From an uncultured Nitrososphaerota archaeon (GTDB lineage Archaea; Thermoproteota; EX4484-205; JAAOZP01): DNA of 64,000 nt. Both the position numbers and the translations under genes were made by a program. The notes beneath the pieces were generated by a model. It had not been told where the DNA came from. It did not search any database and saw only the letters and a list, made by a program, of their open reading frames with translations. Positions 59,369-64,000 of this stretch are shown here, piece by piece (the first letter of the stretch is position 1; every line of letters begins with the position of its first letter). The stretch is from contig CAYQCW010000004.1 of the NCBI GenBank assembly GCA_964416155.1, positions 30,658-94,657 of the forward strand, written 5' to 3'.

Positions 59369-60178
59369 GTGGCGGTTCAAATGGCTAGGTGTGAGGTATG
59401 CGGTTCAGAAGTAGTCTTGCCGTTCATCTGCTCCTACTGCAAGGGTGCGTTCTGCTCCCATCATAGGCTTCCCGAGGCGCATAACTGTCGAATGCTGCAC
59501 TTAGCCAGGGTTCAAAAACCAATGTATGGCGAGGCCCCCTTGGTTCAACCCATGAACAAGTCTCGAGCCGGAAGAATCACCAGTAAGGCTGAGGTCACAC
59601 ATCTTTTAGCTGCATGGGTTGTTCTAAGCCTTTGTTTCTCCACTGGATACTTTTTCAGGGCCGGTTTGACACTGCTGTTAGTGCCTGTCATCTACTTGTG
59701 CGCTGTTGGAACAGGATTCGTTTCCCACGAGCTGGCGCATAAGTTTACTGCTCAGAGATACGGCTACTGGTCTGAGTTTAGACTCTGGCCCTGGGGGCTA
59801 GCGATGGCTCTACTTTCTTCTCTACTTACACTAGGCTCGTTCATCTTTGCTGCCCCGGGTGCAACATACGTGGCGCCACGTTACCATGCTTTCGAATTGT
59901 CCAAGGTGTCTGAAAAAAGGCGGATGGGGCTGATTTCTCTAGCAGGCCCTTTATCTAACGTTGCCTGGGCCACTGCATTCTTTTTCTTAAGCGGGCTAGG
60001 CGGCTTGCCTGGTCTGGTTGGCAAAACTGGTTTTCAAGTAAACCTGTGGCTTGCAGCTTTCAACATGATTCCACTGAGAGGTTTAGACGGTAGAAAAGTT
60101 TTAGCATGGAATATTACTGCTTGGGTGATTGTGGCAATCCCATTATGGGTCATAGAAGCATTCTTAATGCTTTTTTAA
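59369..60178 (+). CDS. AN1 zinc finger fused to an M50 (site-2) metalloprotease
   Basis: CEVC...CSYC...FCSHHRLPEAHNC; HELAH, AGPLSN, FNMIP...LDG. Confidence 0.88.
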   Translation: MAVQMARCEVCGSEVVLPFICSYCKGAFCSHHRLPEAHNCRMLHLARVQKPMYGEAPLVQPMNKSRAGRITSKAEVTHLLAAWVVLSLCFSTGYFFRAGLTLLLVPVIYLCAVGTGFVSHELAHKFTAQRYGYWSEFRLWPWGLAMALLSSLLTLGSFIFAAPGATYVAPRYHAFELSKVSEKRRMGLISLAGPLSNVAWATAFFFLSGLGGLPGLVGKTGFQVNLWLAAFNMIPLRGLDGRKVLAWNITAWVIVAIPLWVIEAFLMLF

Positions 60179-60219
60179 GCCGGCGTGTTCTTTACACACC
60201 GTCTGCAGCCACCTCATCG

Positions 60220-60531
60220 TCATACTGGAAAAAACGAGGGTTCCTTGCAGCCGTATTTCACAGTCCTGGAAACCCTGAAGGGGAACATTCTGCAGGCGTA
60301 CGGTTTCTCACCGTGGATCCTGTAGATGAAGAACACGCCTCTTCCTGAGGAAGAAACACCTGCCGTCGGGAAGGATCCTAAGGTAAAACTCCTTCTCCCC
60401 GGGCTCGACGGATCTCGGTCCATACTTAGGCTCTATCCTAGCATACTCTTTGAAAAAGGAGGGGAACCCTGTGGTTTATGCAGCATCTTTGAGACACACC
60501 TCCAGTTTTCGGCGAGCCTCCACGGCACAAG
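60220..60531 (-). pseudogene. YkgJ-like Cys-cluster protein remnant
   Basis: Fragments in different frames: VPWRLAENWRC, RCC, DGRCFFL, IHGEKPYACRMFPF. Confidence 0.6.
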
Positions 60532-60794
60532 GCTTTCACCTTGCGTGCTGGTCAAGCCTTGGTTTTTCAACCAGTTTTTTCCGGTTAAAAGTTTTCACCA
60601 CTGGAAACCGGCTTCCGAATCGCTGGGGAACAAGCCTTTTAAGCCTCAGAGAGAAAAATCCAGCTTACTGTCAACGTTGAAAAACAGGTGGCGCTATTAA
60701 CCTTTACAGGTGGAAAAACATGCTTAACTTGGATGTAGCCATTTTCACACAACCCTCTCTCTCAAACATTTACCTTCTCAATCCTTAAGAAGCT

Positions 60795-61007
60795 TTGAAA
60801 GATTTTCAAACAGGCTTGATCAGCGAATACTCGCTTGAGGATATTGACGGTGTTGGGCCTGCGACTGCAAAGAAGCTGAGGGAAGCAGGATACGTGACTG
60901 TTGAGTCGCTGGCTGTCGCCACGGCTTTCGAGCTCTCCGAGGCTAACCCGGCGTTAACAATATGGCCTACTGCCACTCCTGCTGAGCATTATAATGGGCT
61001 GCAATAA
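60795..61007 (+). pseudogene. Isolated RadA N-terminal HhH fragment
   Basis: [32 protein letters not shown] then unrelated sequence and a stop. Confidence 0.7.
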
Positions 61008-61143
61008 TCATGGGGCTGGTGGGGGTTCGGGAAGCAGGTGAAACAGAGAATTATATTACCATACATTATGACCAGTATTAACTAGACATGTCTCAGCATC
61101 GAATCAAGATTTATAAAAGTCCTGTGGGAAGCCTAGTTGAAAA

Positions 61144-61989
61144 ATGGCTGGAAAACACGCCGGCCCCTTAGTATTGTCAGTAGCCGGGGCAATACTGATT
61201 CTTATAGGCGTTCTTATTCTCACCTTCAGCAGCCACTACCTGTCTCTTCAACCGGTTCTCTATTTCGCCACCCTTATTCTCGCAGCAACCATCTTGGCGG
61301 GAGCGCTGTTAACCAGTCAGGAGAACGAGAAGAGGATTGTAGCCGGTTCGACAATAGTCCTAGGCCTCTCAACGGTTGTTTTCTACTTCTCCCTTCTGCC
61401 GGTTCTCCTACAGTACGCGGGAAGATTCATACCTATGCCGTCCAACCTGGGCACTTCAGGCCTCCTAGATTTTCTAGGAGGCTTTGTGCCGTCGACCATC
61501 GGGACAGTGGGCGTCGTACTTTGCATTATTGGAGGAATATTTGGATTAAGGAGGAAGCCCTTACTCTTACCGTCCTCTTTGGCTAAAGCGCAGGTGAGCG
61601 AAGTTGAAGAATCAACAACCTGCCAAGAATGCGGGGCAGTGAACAATGCGAGCTACAAGTTCTGCTTCAAATGCGGAGCAAGGCTGAAACCCGAGAAGCC
61701 GAGGAAGACTGAGGAAGCAATGACAGTGGAGCCGTTGATTTGTCCCGTCTGCGGGAAAACATTGCTTGGAGGCTCTAAGTTCTGCAGCCAGTGTGGCACA
61801 CCACTATCTTGGGGTGAGCAACTCCCCCCGCCGCCGCCAGACATAGAGAGCAGACTTGAAAAACTGGAGGAAAAAATTGAGAGGCTGGAGAAAACCATAG
61901 AGAAGGTTGAGCGGCTGGAAGTCAAGGAGGAACGCCAGGAGGAGGGCGAAGCCGGAGAAAGCATATTCGAAGACTACACTCCTGATTAG
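61144..61989 (+). CDS. Membrane protein with two zinc ribbons and a coiled-coil tail
   Basis: About four TMs; CQECG...FCFKCG and CPVCG...FCSQCG; PPPPP; IESRLEKLEEKIERLEK. Confidence 0.85.
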   Translation: MAGKHAGPLVLSVAGAILILIGVLILTFSSHYLSLQPVLYFATLILAATILAGALLTSQENEKRIVAGSTIVLGLSTVVFYFSLLPVLLQYAGRFIPMPSNLGTSGLLDFLGGFVPSTIGTVGVVLCIIGGIFGLRRKPLLLPSSLAKAQVSEVEESTTCQECGAVNNASYKFCFKCGARLKPEKPRKTEEAMTVEPLICPVCGKTLLGGSKFCSQCGTPLSWGEQLPPPPPDIESRLEKLEEKIERLEKTIEKVERLEVKEERQEEGEAGESIFEDYTPD

Positions 61990-62060
61990 CGTTCAGGCTG
62001 ACGACTCTAATCCGTGTTGAAAAGCAGATTGCTTAATGGCTTCTTGCTTCAGGCATAGGC

Positions 62061-63443
62061 TTAGGCTTTAAGCCTCTCCGAGACCACATGGCCCACGTAG
62101 AGGCCTGAGGCCGCTGCTTGAGAAAGCCCTCTTGTGATGCCCGCGCCGTCTCCAACTGCAAACAGGTTTTTAACAGGGGTCTCGCCGCGCTCGTTGACCT
62201 CAACCCTGGACGAGTAGAACTTGGCTTCAACACCGTAGAGAAGCGTGTCATGCTTCGAGAAAATCCCTGGAATAAGCGTGTCTAAAGCCCTGAGCATTTC
62301 AACAATGTTTGAGAGAACCCTGTAGGGAAGGATGAAACTGAGGTCTCCAGGCGTCGCGTCTGGCAGCGTCGGAGAGATAAGGCTCCTGCTGAGGCGCTCG
62401 TAAGTAGACCTTCTTCCCTGCAATAGGTCGCCTAGTCTTTGAACAACCACGCCGTTTGAAATAAGGTTTGCAAGCTTAGCTATCGACATGCCGTATTCAA
62501 TCGGCTCTTTAAAAGGCTCCGTGAAATCCGTTGACACAAGCACAGCGAAATTAGTGTTGTCTGTCCTGTAACTGTTGTAACTGTGGCCGTTCACGGTTAC
62601 TATCCCCTCATAGAACTCTGTTAAAACCTCTCCATGCGGGTTGACGCAGAAAGTCCTAACATTGTCGTCAAACCTTTTCGAAACATACTTCAGCTTCGGC
62701 TCATAAAGGTCCCGAGTAATGTCGTCCATTATTTCAGCCGGAACCTCTACTCTGACACCAAGATCTACAGGGTTACGTTTCATAGGGATATTGAGCTTCG
62801 TGAACTCCTTCCTCAACCATCCTGCTCCAGACCTGCCCGGGGCGACTACGATGAACCGTCCAAACATGTTTTCACCATCCTTAGTCTTAACACCCCTGGC
62901 AACACCGTTTTCAACAATGAAGCTTTCAACTTCAGTCATAACCCTTACTTCAACACTCTTCTCAAGATCATCCTTCATTCGGCTCAGTATTTTGAAAGAC
63001 AGATCTGACCCCATGTGCCTAACAGGGTTCCTTTGAAGCTTCAAGCCAGCTAGGCTAGCCCTCCTCCTCCACTCCTCGAATGAATCCTCGTCGTCACCGT
63101 AAACCTTCTCCGGCGCCCCGTGGCTAAGGAAAACCTCGTCAACCCTCTTTATGTATTGACGGGTCTTCTCGGACGATAAGACCTCTGGAAGCCAGCCTCC
63201 AACCTCCGGGTCAAGAGTTATCTTCCCGTCTGAGAAAGCTCCTGCACCACCCCAGCCGCTGTAAACGTTGCAGACGCCACACCTGACGCACAGCTTGTTA
63301 AGCCTCCTCGCGGGGCATGTTCTATCATCAATGTCACGTCCCTTTTCAAGAATCAGGATCGCCGCGTCCGAATGCTTCTCAAGAACGCTTAAAGCACAGA
63401 ATATTCCAGCCGGACCCCCTCCCACTATTATCACGTCATGCAA
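62061..63443 (-). CDS. FAD-dependent oxidoreductase (COG2509-like)
   Basis: GGGPAG, GWGGAGAFSDGK, GVEAKFYS, GDGAGITRGL. Confidence 0.9.
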   Translation of the reverse strand: MHDVIIVGGGPAGIFCALSVLEKHSDAAILILEKGRDIDDRTCPARRLNKLCVRCGVCNVYSGWGGAGAFSDGKITLDPEVGGWLPEVLSSEKTRQYIKRVDEVFLSHGAPEKVYGDDEDSFEEWRRRASLAGLKLQRNPVRHMGSDLSFKILSRMKDDLEKSVEVRVMTEVESFIVENGVARGVKTKDGENMFGRFIVVAPGRSGAGWLRKEFTKLNIPMKRNPVDLGVRVEVPAEIMDDITRDLYEPKLKYVSKRFDDNVRTFCVNPHGEVLTEFYEGIVTVNGHSYNSYRTDNTNFAVLVSTDFTEPFKEPIEYGMSIAKLANLISNGVVVQRLGDLLQGRRSTYERLSRSLISPTLPDATPGDLSFILPYRVLSNIVEMLRALDTLIPGIFSKHDTLLYGVEAKFYSSRVEVNERGETPVKNLFAVGDGAGITRGLSQAAASGLYVGHVVSERLKA

Positions 63444-63512
63444 TACTGCTTCCTTTTCCCAACCCTCCCCACTGATACTTTTAAGTTTACCGTTTAGATA
63501 GGCTCCTCAGAC

Positions 63513-64000
63513 TTGAGGAGAATAGGGATAATAGGCTCCGGAAAAGTAGGGTGCTCCGCGGCAACCTTCCTATTAACTGAGGCTGACGAAATAGTGCTTT
63601 ACGACATAGTGCCTAAGCTTCCAGTCGGAGAGGCCCTAGACCTGCAGAACGCGGCTGAAGCCCTTGGTTTAAATGTTGAGGTTAAGGGGACTAACGATCT
63701 CTCGCTGCTTCACGGCTTGGACGTCGTTATCGTGACGGCGGGTTTTGGAAGAACCCCGGGGATGAGCAGGATGAACCTGTTGAGCAAGAATCTGCCGATA
63801 ATAGAGGGTATAGCTAGGGAATACGCTGGTGGAGGAGACAGTGGAACCGTCTTCATAATGGTCACCAATCCTGTTGACGTTTTAACCTATGTTTTCTGGA
63901 GAAGAGCCGGCGTTGAGAGGCACAGAGTGGCGGGCTTAAGCGGCGTCCTTGATTCAAGCCGTTTAAAAACGATAATAAGACTGAGCAGGAGAATCAGGAT
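63513..64000 (+). CDS. mdh: Malate dehydrogenase (LDH-like), runs off the window
   Basis: TTG start, GIIGSGKVG, TAGFGRTPGMSR (Arg at the MDH specificity site), VTNPVD, GVLDSSR. Confidence 0.88.
   Translation, partial: MRRIGIIGSGKVGCSAATFLLTEADEIVLYDIVPKLPVGEALDLQNAAEALGLNVEVKGTNDLSLLHGLDVVIVTAGFGRTPGMSRMNLLSKNLPIIEGIAREYAGGGDSGTVFIMVTNPVDVLTYVFWRRAGVERHRVAGLSGVLDSSRLKTIIRLSRRIR

Overview
Archaeal chromosomal window, TACK/Thermoproteota-like by gene content (SmAP3, L40e, S17e, Rpp21, RadA, thermosomes, tRNA with T-loop intron); finer taxonomy cannot be read from the sequence. Mostly housekeeping and metabolic genes: EF-2, two thermosome subunits, ilvBNCD, argH, leuACD, radA, aspS, argS, ABCE1, tpiA, porGDAB, partial mdh, five tRNAs. 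Accessory or decaying patches lie at 2.1-4.9 kb, 9.5-9.8 kb, 51.2-52.3 kb and 60.2-61.0 kb. Best leads: (1) a gapless, conserved 5' leader shared by the ilv and leu operons (candidate archaeal branched-chain amino acid regulatory RNA or uORF system); (2) a Tad/type IV pilus locus with a membrane-anchored HerA/VirB4 (CedB-like) ATPase, leaderless pilin-like proteins and an adjacent divergent TFB (candidate inducible DNA-transfer system); (3) an EF-2 with HHG instead of HRG at the diphthamide site; (4) a thermosome paralog lacking both catalytic Asp; (5) an ABC ATPase with all catalytic motifs degenerate. No CRISPR array, integrase, transposase or rRNA was seen. All product calls come from motif recognition by eye, not database searches.
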